64,000 nucleotides of DNA from positions 4,472-68,471 of the forward strand of contig JADFYE010000011.1 of the NCBI GenBank assembly GCA_015233195.1, written 5' to 3'. Positions 9,826 through 19,486 of this stretch are shown here, piece by piece. The stretch comes from Candidatus Omnitrophota bacterium. Its GTDB lineage: Bacteria; Omnitrophota; Gorgyraeia; Zapsychrales; Zapsychraceae. The translations under genes were made by a program, and so were the position numbers. Under the pieces are notes generated by a model. It ran no database searches and was not told the origin of the DNA. It was given only the letters and a program-made list of their open reading frames with translations. The first letter of the stretch is position 1; each line of letters starts with the position of its first letter.

Positions 9826-10404
9826 ATGAAAAAAGTATTAATGTTTTTGAGTGTAGTAGTGTTGTTCATGTTTATTGGTCATCCAGTTTTCGCGCAAGAA
9901 TCAATGATGATGAACAAATTGCAGACGGTAAAAATTGATGCGATTAAAGAGTTTAATGCAGATAAATTTGTACACAAGGCTCCTTTTGATACTGATAAAT
10001 TTGTTTTTAACACATATTTTTTCAAACCCAGACAGATACTTCCGTTCCATAAACATCCTGCTACCGACGAGTTATTTTATATTGTAGAGGGTGTTGGTGA
10101 ATTTACTGTAGGTAATGAAAGTACTATCGTCGGTCCTACATCAACTATTTATGGACCAGCAAATGTTTTTCATGGTCTTATAAATTCAGGAGATAAGGAT
10201 TTAGTGCTTATTTCTGTTCAGACGCCAAAACCAGTTACAAATACTTATGCTGAGAACGCGACTTTGATATGTCCAGTTTGTAAGCAGGAGATTATACTTA
10301 AAGAAGGTGTAAAAGAGGGTGATATTTATATTTGTCCGCGTTGTGGCGCGAAATTAAAAGTGACAAAAGGCGCAGATGGAAAATGGATAGGAGTTGCGCA
10401 ATAA
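9826..10404 (+). CDS. Exported cupin-domain protein with C-terminal LysW-like zinc ribbon
   Basis: Start at 9826 (SD AAGGGAGA; MKKVLMFLSVVVLFMFIGHPVFAQ signal/anchor). Cupin motif HKHPATDELFYIVEG...FHGLIN. C-terminal CPVC-x19-CPRC ribbon. Confidence 0.7.
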   Translation: MKKVLMFLSVVVLFMFIGHPVFAQESMMMNKLQTVKIDAIKEFNADKFVHKAPFDTDKFVFNTYFFKPRQILPFHKHPATDELFYIVEGVGEFTVGNESTIVGPTSTIYGPANVFHGLINSGDKDLVLISVQTPKPVTNTYAENATLICPVCKQEIILKEGVKEGDIYICPRCGAKLKVTKGADGKWIGVAQ

Positions 10405-10446
10405 ATGGAGGATGAAATAATTTAATTATTTGTATTTTGAATTAAG

Positions 10447-10474
10447 CCCCTTGTAATGAAATATTTACAAGGGG
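10447..10474 (+). terminator. Rho-independent terminator
   Basis: CCCCTTGTAA / TTACAAGGGG 10-bp stem followed by TTTTTGTTT. Confidence 0.8.
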
Positions 10475-10535
10475 TTTTTGTTTGGTTTGCTATAATCATT
10501 GATATAATAAATTTTATTAAAAAAGGCAAATATGT

Positions 10536-11189
10536 ATGTATAGAAAAAATCAGGGTATCAGTGTCAGTTTTATAAAAAAAACAGTGATGGTAGTGGTGGC
10601 GGTGGTGAGCGCGTTTTGGGCAAAACAGAATTTCATAGTCCAGCAGCCTGCGCAAGCACCGTCGAATGAAAAAATTTATTATGCGGTAAAAAGAGTAGTT
10701 GACGGGGATACTATCTGGCTGGAAAATGGTGAGAAAATCAGGCTGGTCGGCATGGATACGCCTGAGAGTAAGGATAATAATAAAGCGTTACGGGATAGTT
10801 ATCGTACTGGGACTGATGTTGCTACTATTGTTAATTTGGGTAAGAAAGCCAGCCGGTTTACTATGAATTTGGTTGAGCGCGGGGGTAATGCGGTGCGGCT
10901 TGAATATGAAGTGGAATCAAAAGATAAATATGGCAGGAGTTTAGCGTATTTGTTTATTAAAGTTCCGGGGGCAACGCCGCAGTCTGATCCGGGTTTATAT
11001 TTTATGCCGGATTCGGGTGAAATATTTTTAAACGCGTCGATTGTAAAAAGCGGATATGCTTCACCTATGACTATACCGCCTAATGTTAAATATTCGCATT
11101 TAATGGTCGAGCTGTTCCGAGACGCGCGCAACAATAATCGCGGATTGTGGGCGGAGAGTGGAAATAAATTGTTTAAGGATAAGAAGTAG
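10536..11189 (+). CDS. Thermonuclease (staphylococcal nuclease, SNase family), membrane-anchored or secreted
   Basis: VKRVVDGDTIWLENGEKIRLVGMDTPE SNase N-terminal motif, N-terminal hydrophobic segment, C-terminal RGLW. Confidence 0.8.
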   Translation: MYRKNQGISVSFIKKTVMVVVAVVSAFWAKQNFIVQQPAQAPSNEKIYYAVKRVVDGDTIWLENGEKIRLVGMDTPESKDNNKALRDSYRTGTDVATIVNLGKKASRFTMNLVERGGNAVRLEYEVESKDKYGRSLAYLFIKVPGATPQSDPGLYFMPDSGEIFLNASIVKSGYASPMTIPPNVKYSHLMVELFRDARNNNRGLWAESGNKLFKDKK

Positions 11190-11190
11190 T

Positions 11191-11207
11191 GGCGGGGTTC
11201 CCCCGCC
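11191..11207 (+). terminator. Rho-independent terminator
   Basis: GGCGGGG TT CCCCGCC hairpin followed by TTTTATT, 2 nt after the stop. Confidence 0.8.
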
Positions 11208-11235
11208 TTTTATTAAAAATTGAATATTAAAATTA

Positions 11236-14200
11236 ATGTCAGATAAAATAAATAAATTTGAATTTCCGGAAGTCAGGGTGGTGGATGCCTCCGCCGGTTC
11301 GGGAAAAACTTATGCCCTTGCCAAACGTTATGTTCAGCTATTATTAATGACCAACGCGGAAAATCATTCCGCAGCGTCTATCCGCAGTATATTGGCTTTA
11401 ACTTTCACCAATAAAGCAGCTTTTGAAATGAAGCGCCGTATTTTACTTTTTTTGCGTTCTATAGCATTAGGAGTTATGCCGCAAAATGAACTGCATGAAA
11501 TTATCAGCCCCTTGGGTTTGGATGCGGCTTACGCACAGCGTCGGGCATTAGAAGTAATGGAAGATATCATCCGCAATTATGATTTTTTTCAGGTGGATAC
11601 CATTGATACATTTATTAATGGAATGTTATCCGGATGTGCTTTTAAATTGGGCGTTAGCTCAAATTTTAAAATTAAGACTTCTGCAGCTGAATATTTGGAA
11701 TTAAGTTTAGACCGGTTTATTGATAATGCATTTACTGATCCAGAGGTTCTGGAAGGTCTTAACGATTTTCTGCATGGATATTTGTATATTGAGAACCGCA
11801 GCGGCTGGTTTCCTAAAAAAGATATGCTTGCCATAATCAGCGGATTGTTTAAAGAGATAAATATTCGGCAGGGTAAATTTTTAACCACAGATCTTACTAG
11901 TAAAACTTTGAGTGAATTACGCGGCATAATCATGGAGGAAATGCGCTTATTAAAAACTGCTTTACCAATAAAAATTGATAAACGGTTTGTGATGAAATTA
12001 AATAATTTTTTAGATGACCATAAAAAAGGTTTTGATATAGACAGCGTGCCGGATTGGTTTGCAAGAGAAGAAATACCAGCTTCTAAAGGCTCTGAAGTGG
12101 GGGATGACGCGGTAATGTTATGGAATTTGATCCGGGATAATTTGCGCAGGATGTGCGTGGATGAGGCAACTTCTTTATTTAATCCGTATGTGAGGATTTT
12201 TGATGGGGTATGGACACAGATCAATGAACTTACCCGGCGTGAAGATGTAGTATTTTTAAGCGAATTGAACCGTAAAGCAGCGCAGCTTTTACGGGACGGG
12301 GAGATTTCAGTTGAAGAATTGGCTATGCGTTTGACCAGCCGGTATCAGCATTATTTATTGGATGAGTTTCAGGATACTAGCCGTTTGCAATGGTCGAATA
12401 TTAATGGTTTGGTTAGGGAAGCATTATCAAAAGGCGGATCATTTTTTTATGTGGGGGATAAAAAACAGGCAATATACCGTTTCCGCGGAGGGGATGTGAC
12501 TTTATTTGATGATGTTAAAGATGAATTTAAGGCTTTTAATATCCAGATAGAAAATTTAGACCAGAACCGGCGCAGTTCGCAGAATATTGTTGAGTTTAAT
12601 AATCAAGTTTTTTCTATGGCGAATTTAAGGGGTTTTTTAGACCGCAGACAAAAAGCTGAAGAGGAAAAAAAGAAAGATACTTTGGTTAAATTTTCTGATA
12701 AAGATATTTATGCTTTAGAAAAAGTATTTGGTTCTTCTTCCCAAAAATTTCAGGCATCACGTTTAGGCGGATATGTAAAATTCGAATATATTGATGATAA
12801 AAATAAAGAGGTTCGAGACGAGATTCTTAAAGATAAATTTTTTGCGGTTATAAGTGATGTTACAAAAAGATATGGGTTTAAAGATATAGCAGTATTGACC
12901 AGGACTAATTCTCAGTCGAGGATGATTACGGACTGGTTATTAGAGGTAGATATTCCGGTTGAATCCGACGTAACTTTAGATATTACCCAGCATATTTTGA
13001 TACGGGATATTTGTTCATTTTTAAAGTTTTTAAATTCACCGGTAGATAACCTGGCGTTTTCTTCATTTATTTTGAGTGAGGTATTTTTAAAAGCGTCAGG
13101 CATGTCATTTGAACAAACCCAGAATTTTCTTTTGTCATTGCGCGATAAATTAGGACGGGCTAGCACAGTTTATATTTATACGGAATTTCGGCGTCAATTT
13201 CCAGAAATCTGGTCAAAATATATTGAAGAGTTTTTTAAGAACGTGGGTTTGTATCCAGTATATGAATTATTGGTTAGCATTTATCGCGGCTATGATATTT
13301 TAGAAAAATTCCCTGAGCAGCAGGGGTTTTTCATGCACTTTTTGGAATTAGTAAAAAAACAGGAAGCTGAGTATTCTGATTTGGGGGTGTTTTTAAAATA
13401 TTTTGACGAGTTAGCAGGGGAAGAAGCCTATGTGCACATAAGCGGAAGTAATGCGGTTAAAGTCATGACTATACATAAAGCTAAAGGTCTAGAGTTTCCA
13501 GTAGTTATTATTCCGTATTTGACTTTAGATGTAGAAGTTGGCGCGGGCAGTATGGATAATAAAATGGCATATGTGGTGCAAGAATCAGACGAGGCTTTAC
13601 AGCTATTACGTTTAAAGAAAAAATATTATAATTATTCCGACGAGCTATACCAGATTTATGCCAAAGAATATAAAAAAGAATTTTTATCTGAACTAAATAA
13701 TATCTATGTGGCTTTGACCCGCGCGTCGAATGAGATGTATGGTTTTATTCCTTCCAAAGTCGGCAGTTCTAATAATTCTGCAATGTTTTTATTGCCTGAT
13801 GGATTGCTTCAGGTCGGTGATGTGGGAACGGAATTAGTTAAAGCCGCGGATAAATCTGATGATTTAGTGATGATACCTCCGATGCAAAATCAGGATTGGA
13901 TCAAGTATCTTTCCGAAGAGTTTTTAGCAATTGAAGAATTTAAGTATCGTAAAGGACGAAAGCGCGGTGAAATTATCCATGCGTTTTTAGACCGGATCAT
14001 TGATTTGAATAAACAAAGTTTTGATGAGTTGGTTGGAAAGATCGAGGAAGAGAATTTTAAAGAAGCGGCAAGTGTGGTCGCTGGATTAGTTGGCGACGAC
14101 GAATTGAAACATTTCTTTTATTTAAAGCCAGGTGAAACAGCTTTCAATGAGCAGGAGATTGTGGATAAATACGGGCATTCAAAACGCATTGATCGGATTA

Positions 14201-14373
14201 TCATTCGTGAAGATAGTGTGGACGTGATCGATTATAAGTCCGGCGAAGCTGAAATTCCCGAACATAAAGTACAGGTAATGGGGTATGTGGAGATGGTGAG
14301 CAAAATGTTTCCTAATAAAAAGATTGACGGATATTTGATTTATGTTGAGACGAGGAAAGTTTTAAAAGTATGA
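11236..14373 (+). CDS. UvrD/Rep-type helicase with C-terminal PD-(D/E)XK nuclease (AddA/RecB-like subunit A)
   Basis: Walker A ASAGSGKTY, DEFQDTS (motif II), YRFRGG, TIHKAKGLEF, C-terminal RIDRIII...VIDYKSG nuclease motif. Confidence 0.85.
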   Translation: MSDKINKFEFPEVRVVDASAGSGKTYALAKRYVQLLLMTNAENHSAASIRSILALTFTNKAAFEMKRRILLFLRSIALGVMPQNELHEIISPLGLDAAYAQRRALEVMEDIIRNYDFFQVDTIDTFINGMLSGCAFKLGVSSNFKIKTSAAEYLELSLDRFIDNAFTDPEVLEGLNDFLHGYLYIENRSGWFPKKDMLAIISGLFKEINIRQGKFLTTDLTSKTLSELRGIIMEEMRLLKTALPIKIDKRFVMKLNNFLDDHKKGFDIDSVPDWFAREEIPASKGSEVGDDAVMLWNLIRDNLRRMCVDEATSLFNPYVRIFDGVWTQINELTRREDVVFLSELNRKAAQLLRDGEISVEELAMRLTSRYQHYLLDEFQDTSRLQWSNINGLVREALSKGGSFFYVGDKKQAIYRFRGGDVTLFDDVKDEFKAFNIQIENLDQNRRSSQNIVEFNNQVFSMANLRGFLDRRQKAEEEKKKDTLVKFSDKDIYALEKVFGSSSQKFQASRLGGYVKFEYIDDKNKEVRDEILKDKFFAVISDVTKRYGFKDIAVLTRTNSQSRMITDWLLEVDIPVESDVTLDITQHILIRDICSFLKFLNSPVDNLAFSSFILSEVFLKASGMSFEQTQNFLLSLRDKLGRASTVYIYTEFRRQFPEIWSKYIEEFFKNVGLYPVYELLVSIYRGYDILEKFPEQQGFFMHFLELVKKQEAEYSDLGVFLKYFDELAGEEAYVHISGSNAVKVMTIHKAKGLEFPVVIIPYLTLDVEVGAGSMDNKMAYVVQESDEALQLLRLKKKYYNYSDELYQIYAKEYKKEFLSELNNIYVALTRASNEMYGFIPSKVGSSNNSAMFLLPDGLLQVGDVGTELVKAADKSDDLVMIPPMQNQDWIKYLSEEFLAIEEFKYRKGRKRGEIIHAFLDRIIDLNKQSFDELVGKIEEENFKEAASVVAGLVGDDELKHFFYLKPGETAFNEQEIVDKYGHSKRIDRIIIREDSVDVIDYKSGEAEIPEHKVQVMGYVEMVSKMFPNKKIDGYLIYVETRKVLKV

Positions 14374-17165
14374 ATGATCGAATTATAAATTTTAGTTTTT
14401 GCGATGATTATATTGCTCAATTAACCGAGTTTATGTTGAAACGGTATGCGAGCTATGATAATGATCTGCGCCGTATTGCTGTCGTTTTCGGCGGACGTAG
14501 ACCGGCTTTATTTTTAAAGAGCGCTTTAGCTAAAAAATTCCGTTCGAATTTTTTCCCTCCTACTATTTTACGTATCGATGATCTGGTCGGAATAATTGCC
14601 GGTAAAGAGCAGGATAAAGCTTTGGTGCAGGATATGGACGCTGCTTACATTTTATACGGTTTAGCTAAACAACATACTCCTGAGCTTTTGGCTGGACGCG
14701 TTTCATTTGCGGAATTTTTACCTTGGGCTAAAGAGATAATTGCTTTTTTAGATCAGTTGGATCTGGAAGATATTGACAATAAACTTTTAGCAGATGTGGC
14801 GTTGAACGCAGAGGTTGGGTTTGATGTGCCGGAAGATATTAATGCGCTTTTAAAATATTTGAGTACGCTGCGAATTTTGTATTGCCAGACTTTGAGCGCT
14901 CAAGGATTATTTTCTCGAGGGATGCTATATAAGCAGGCAGCTGAAAACGCGGGTAGTGCGGTTTTGGATAAATGGGATGAGATTATATTCGCCAATTTCT
15001 TTTATTTTAACGCGTCGGAATTAAAAGTTGCCAAAACTTTAGTTGACTGTAAAAAAGCAGTAATGGCTTTCCAAGGGGACAGCCGCAAATGGTCGGTATT
15101 GGATAAGTTGTCAAAACATTTTGGCGCGCCGATTATTGAAGGAAAAGAAATTGATAAACCTAAATTCGATTTGAAAATTTATGAAGCGTTTGATGTTCAT
15201 TCTCAAGTGGGTTTAGTGCGTAAGATTTTAAGCGAAGTAAAAGACCTGGAACGCACAGTAGTGGTTTTACCTCAGCCGGATCACATAATACCTTTATTAT
15301 CCGACGTTGCAGGTTCGATTAAGGATTTCAACATTTCTCTGGGTTATCCGTTAAAACGCAGTAGTGTTTTTTCTTTGTTTGAAAGTATTTTTGAATGCCA
15401 GATATCTAAAAAAGATGGACGTTATCATGCAAAGAATTATTTGAAGCTTTTAATGCATCCGTTTATAAAAAATTTGGAATTGTCACAAGGCGCTTCAGTT
15501 ACCCGGATTTTGATACATAAAATCGAGGAGGTTTTAACCGGGCAGATACCTGCGGATATATCCGGAAAATTATTTATTAATTTAGAGGACATCTTAAGAG
15601 CTAATGAGATTTTTGATTCAGCCTGCCGGTCTACTGCTGATCAGGAAAATGTTAGTTTAAATTTAGAGCTTAAGAAAGATTTGGCATTGATCCATGAAGT
15701 ATTTTTTACAGAATGGGGCGAGATAAAGACTTTTCATGCTCTGGCGTTGCAGATAAAACGGGTATTGGATGTGCTTACTGAAAAAAGTTTTTTGCGGAAT
15801 TATCCGTTGAATATAAATATCGTGAATCGTTTGTCTGATATGGCGGATAAATTTTTGCAAGCGCAGTTTAAACACGAAGAGTTTACGATAGAAGAGATAT
15901 TCAAATTATTCACCTCAGGCGTAGAGCATGAGATAGTAGCTTTTATTGGCTCGCCGTTAAAAGGTTTACAAATTTTAGGTTTATTTGAAACCCGTTCTTT
16001 GAATTTTGATAATGTGATTGTAATGGATGCTAATGAAGGGGTTTTACCTCGTCTAGAATTGCGGTCTAATTTAATACCGCGTGAAGTTATGCTGGCTTTG
16101 AAGCTGGATCGGCTGGATATGGAAGAAGAGATACAGCGTTATCAATTTATGCGGCTGATATCATCAGCTAAAACCGTGCATTTGGTTTATCAGCATAATA
16201 ATGCTAAAGAGCGCAGCCGGTTTGTGGAGGAGCTTTTATGGGAAGATCAGAAAAAATTTAAGAAACTAGCGGCTTTACCAGTGGTTAAAGCTGGGTTTAA
16301 AGTTTCTGCGTTGCGGGATATCAGGCGGGTCAAAAAAACTCCGGAAGTTATTGAGCTTTTGCGCGGGTTTAAGTTTTCATCGTCCAGCGTAAACACTTAT
16401 TTACGGAATCCTATGGATTTTTATTATCAGTATATTTTAGGGTTACGGGAAAAAGAAGATATGCTGGATGAAATTGAAGCTAAAGAAGTCGGGACATTTT
16501 TTCATGAATTATTGGAAGAAGCATTTAAACCGTTTCTGGGGAAGAAGCCGTTGATTGACCGCGCGTTTATGGAAACTTTTGAACGTATCGCGCAGGAAAA
16601 ATTTGATGTTTATTTTGGTAAAGCAGGCAAGTCAGAAAATTTTCTCTTAAAAACTGTTATTGATGAACGGGTCAAACGTTTTCTGGAAAACGAGAGATCG
16701 TCTGAGGATCGTAAGGTAGCTAAAGTTTTATATTTGGAACAACGGTTTACGGATGAAATACATCTGCCTGGAGGTAAAGTGTTTTTTAATTATGTTTTTG
16801 ACCGGATAGATGAAATGGAAGACGGTTCCATCATGATATTGGATTATAAAACTGGATCAACTGATAAGGTGCCTAAGACTTTTGAAAATTTAGCAGAAGC
16901 GGAATTATCGAGGGAATTTTTGAAAAAACATATAGGGTCTTTTCAGCTTCCTTTATATTTTTATTATTTATCCCGTAAATATCCTGGCAAGAAGCTTAAT
17001 GCAGCTTTATATAGTTTAAGAACCCTGGGGTTGACATATTTTATAAAAGATAAGATGATGGATATTTCATATGAAGCAATAAATCAAGTATATCTGAAAG
17101 CATTGGATTTTATTATTAATGAGATCAAAAATCCGGAGGTAGATTTCATTGAAGAAGAAGACTAA
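14370..17165 (+). CDS. AddB-like PD-(D/E)XK nuclease subunit (no Walker A, no C-terminal Cys cluster)
   Basis: ATGA overlap with addA-like. C-terminal FDRIDEMEDGSIMILDYKTGS...QLPLY RecB-family nuclease motif. No GxxGKT/S, and no Cys in the last ~260 aa. Confidence 0.75.
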   Translation: MNDRIINFSFCDDYIAQLTEFMLKRYASYDNDLRRIAVVFGGRRPALFLKSALAKKFRSNFFPPTILRIDDLVGIIAGKEQDKALVQDMDAAYILYGLAKQHTPELLAGRVSFAEFLPWAKEIIAFLDQLDLEDIDNKLLADVALNAEVGFDVPEDINALLKYLSTLRILYCQTLSAQGLFSRGMLYKQAAENAGSAVLDKWDEIIFANFFYFNASELKVAKTLVDCKKAVMAFQGDSRKWSVLDKLSKHFGAPIIEGKEIDKPKFDLKIYEAFDVHSQVGLVRKILSEVKDLERTVVVLPQPDHIIPLLSDVAGSIKDFNISLGYPLKRSSVFSLFESIFECQISKKDGRYHAKNYLKLLMHPFIKNLELSQGASVTRILIHKIEEVLTGQIPADISGKLFINLEDILRANEIFDSACRSTADQENVSLNLELKKDLALIHEVFFTEWGEIKTFHALALQIKRVLDVLTEKSFLRNYPLNINIVNRLSDMADKFLQAQFKHEEFTIEEIFKLFTSGVEHEIVAFIGSPLKGLQILGLFETRSLNFDNVIVMDANEGVLPRLELRSNLIPREVMLALKLDRLDMEEEIQRYQFMRLISSAKTVHLVYQHNNAKERSRFVEELLWEDQKKFKKLAALPVVKAGFKVSALRDIRRVKKTPEVIELLRGFKFSSSSVNTYLRNPMDFYYQYILGLREKEDMLDEIEAKEVGTFFHELLEEAFKPFLGKKPLIDRAFMETFERIAQEKFDVYFGKAGKSENFLLKTVIDERVKRFLENERSSEDRKVAKVLYLEQRFTDEIHLPGGKVFFNYVFDRIDEMEDGSIMILDYKTGSTDKVPKTFENLAEAELSREFLKKHIGSFQLPLYFYYLSRKYPGKKLNAALYSLRTLGLTYFIKDKMMDISYEAINQVYLKALDFIINEIKNPEVDFIEEED

Positions 17166-19218
17166 AAAAATACAACAAACTTCCAATATAAAAACTGCAG
17201 TGGTGCCGGTTCCTGCTAAAAGACCGGTTTGGCAAGTGTGGCTATTGATAATTTTTGGGATATTAATCTATTCTAATACTTTTAATGCTACTTTTCATTT
17301 TGATGACCGGATATTCGTCGTAGAAAATCCTAACATCCGTGACATAACAAATATTAAGGCTATGTGGCATTCAATGCCGCAGAATTCGCGTTTTGTGGCT
17401 ACAGTTTCATTTGCTTTGAATTTCGCTATAGGTAAATTAAATGTGGTTGGTTATCACGTGGTTAATATCATGATTCATTTGATAAATGGATTTTTGGTAT
17501 GGTGGCTGGTTAAATTATTGTTTAACACTCCTGGTCTCAGCAAGTATAAGTTAAAAGAATTTAGTAATGAAATAGGATGGCTATCCGCCATGTTGTTTAT
17601 CGCCCATCCTTTGCAGACGCAGGCTATTACTTATATAACGCAAAGATATGCCTCATTAGCAACGTTATTTTATGTATTGACGATGTGTTGGTATTTAAAA
17701 GCTAGGTTGAATGCGGATAAGAAATTTTTTATTTTAAGTGGGGTTAGTGCTTTGTTAGGTATTTTTACAAAAGAGATGACTATGACATTGCCGTTAATGC
17801 TCTTATTGACTGAATGGTTAATGTTCGAGCATAAACAGATAAAGTTTAAGACGGTATTTATTTATTTTTTAATTTTAATCGGGTTTTTGTTGATAGTTCC
17901 GGCATTAATGCAGTTTAATTTCTTTTGGGCATTATTTGATCCCAAGCCTTCGTCTTCACATAAATGGGATATGATTATGCTCGAGCCTTATTTGATGACA
18001 CAGCTTAAAGTATGGGTGTTGTTACTGGCAAAATTTATTGTTCCGATTCATCAGAATGTTGATTATGATTTTCCGCTTTCACATAATTTTTGGCAGATAG
18101 ATGTGTGGGGCAGCGCGGTGTTGTTGGCGACGTTGCTAGTATTCGCGATAATTTATCGAAAGAAAAATGTTTTAGTAAGTTATGGTATTTTGTGGTTTTT
18201 TGTGGCGATTAGTATTGAATTTGTTCCTCGAATTTATGTGATATTCGAACATAAGATGTATTTACCGATCGTTGGTTTAAGTATGGCAGTTATTGGTTTA
18301 TGGCGGGAAAAAATACAAAATGAAAAAGTCCGGATGATTTTGATTACTTCATTAATTGTTTTGTTAGGCATGATCACGTTTCAACGTAACGCAATTTGGA
18401 AAGATGATATTTCATTGTGGTCGTCTGTAGTAAAAGAATCTCCGAATAAACCAAGCCCTAATTATAATTTAGGATGCGCGTATCAGCAGAAGGGCATGCC
18501 GGATGAAGCTTTGTATTATTTTAATCAAACCTATAATTCTTATCGCTACCATTATAAGAATTATGTAAATCGCGCGATGATATTGGAAGATCGGGGAGAT
18601 ATTAAAGGCGCGTTTGAAGATCTGAACCGGGCGATATTTTTACGAAACGATCTGGCTGAAGCTTTTAATAACCGGGGAGGTTTGTTTGGTAGACTGGAAA
18701 AATACGACCAGGCTTTAGCTGATCTTAACCGTTGTTTAATGATTCAGCCGATATTTCCTGAGGCGTATTATAACCGGGGTATGGTATATCAGAAACAGAA
18801 CCGTTTTCCTGAAGCTGTGGCAGATCTAAATATGGCTATAAAATTAAATCCTAGGTATACGGCTGCTTATTTGAATCGAGGCAGCGCGTATATTATGATG
18901 CAAAAATATAATGAAGCTTACCAAGATCTTACTAAAGCCATTGAGCTGAATCCTCAATATGCTGAAGCATATTTAAATCGAGGCGCAGCTTTAATGCAGT
19001 TGGGTAAACCCGAAGACGCATTAGTTAATTTTTCAAAGGCTATTCAATATAAACCGGATTGGGCAATGGCTTATTATAACCGGTGTTTTGTTTATCGGGC
19101 TTTGAATCGTTTAGATTTGGCTAGAAAAGACGCGCTTTATATTTTGAATTTTAATTTAGAGCTCGGTGAAAAACCAAAAGCGGAATTAAAGAAATTTTTA
19201 GGGCTACAGGCGAAATAG
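17149..19218 (+). CDS. Polytopic membrane protein (GT-C-like, TMTC/PMT-type) with C-terminal TPR repeats, paralogue 1
   Basis: TTG start with GGAGG 9 nt upstream. FHFDD acidic motif after TM1, about 10 hydrophobic segments, then about 7 TPR units (AEAYxNRG pattern). Confidence 0.75.
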   Translation: MKKKTKKIQQTSNIKTAVVPVPAKRPVWQVWLLIIFGILIYSNTFNATFHFDDRIFVVENPNIRDITNIKAMWHSMPQNSRFVATVSFALNFAIGKLNVVGYHVVNIMIHLINGFLVWWLVKLLFNTPGLSKYKLKEFSNEIGWLSAMLFIAHPLQTQAITYITQRYASLATLFYVLTMCWYLKARLNADKKFFILSGVSALLGIFTKEMTMTLPLMLLLTEWLMFEHKQIKFKTVFIYFLILIGFLLIVPALMQFNFFWALFDPKPSSSHKWDMIMLEPYLMTQLKVWVLLLAKFIVPIHQNVDYDFPLSHNFWQIDVWGSAVLLATLLVFAIIYRKKNVLVSYGILWFFVAISIEFVPRIYVIFEHKMYLPIVGLSMAVIGLWREKIQNEKVRMILITSLIVLLGMITFQRNAIWKDDISLWSSVVKESPNKPSPNYNLGCAYQQKGMPDEALYYFNQTYNSYRYHYKNYVNRAMILEDRGDIKGAFEDLNRAIFLRNDLAEAFNNRGGLFGRLEKYDQALADLNRCLMIQPIFPEAYYNRGMVYQKQNRFPEAVADLNMAIKLNPRYTAAYLNRGSAYIMMQKYNEAYQDLTKAIELNPQYAEAYLNRGAALMQLGKPEDALVNFSKAIQYKPDWAMAYYNRCFVYRALNRLDLARKDALYILNFNLELGEKPKAELKKFLGLQAK

Positions 19219-19270
19219 CGCAGAGTAACAGAGAAGAAAGTATAGAGTAAAAGAAAATAAAAACGAAGGG

Positions 19271-19440
19271 CAAATTTTTTTTAGTTAAAAGTCGGAGGGA
19301 TTGAGCGGACGTTGATAATTCGAGCGGGCACGGTTCGCACATGTTTTATGTGCGAGAGCGAGAATTATCGCCGAGCGTAGTTTAATACGCTGGATTAAAC
19401 AAGCGTTTCGTGAAATACCGAAGACTTTTATAAAAATTTG
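19271..19440. repeat. Repeat family A, copy 1 (~170 nt, terminal inverted repeats CAAATTTTT/AAAAATTTG, internal hairpins)
   Basis: Aligns over its full length with the reverse complement of 25399-25572 (core ~125 nt about 85-90% identical by eye). Several differences are compensatory within predicted stems. Confidence 0.8.
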
Positions 19441-19486
19441 CGTATTTAAAATTTATAAATATATCAAGACCAAATAATATATAATC

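Noticed and set aside
11589-12224. 211-aa minus-strand ORF inside the addA-like gene, and similar antisense ORFs at 50102-50746, 52232-52576, 43083-43415, 36100-36459 and 34644-34982
   Set aside because: All lie wholly inside well-supported plus-strand genes with clear family motifs. Their translations are low-complexity and motif-free, as expected for chance antisense frames in AT-rich DNA.
19151-19342. 63-aa ORFs overlapping repeat A (19151..19342 - and 25310..25501 -)
   Set aside because: The two repeat copies differ by indels that change frame; the equivalent frame in copy 1 stops after 14 codons. The conservation is therefore at nucleotide or structure level, not protein level.
19271-19440. 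Repeat A as 6S RNA, tRNA-like or SRP RNA
   Set aside because: The length and closing helix recall 6S RNA, but the fold is multi-hairpin rather than a long duplex with a central bubble. Two inverted copies with terminal inverted repeats look more like a dispersed element. The GGTTCG segment is not in a T-arm context, and there is no SRP GGAA/AGCA motif.
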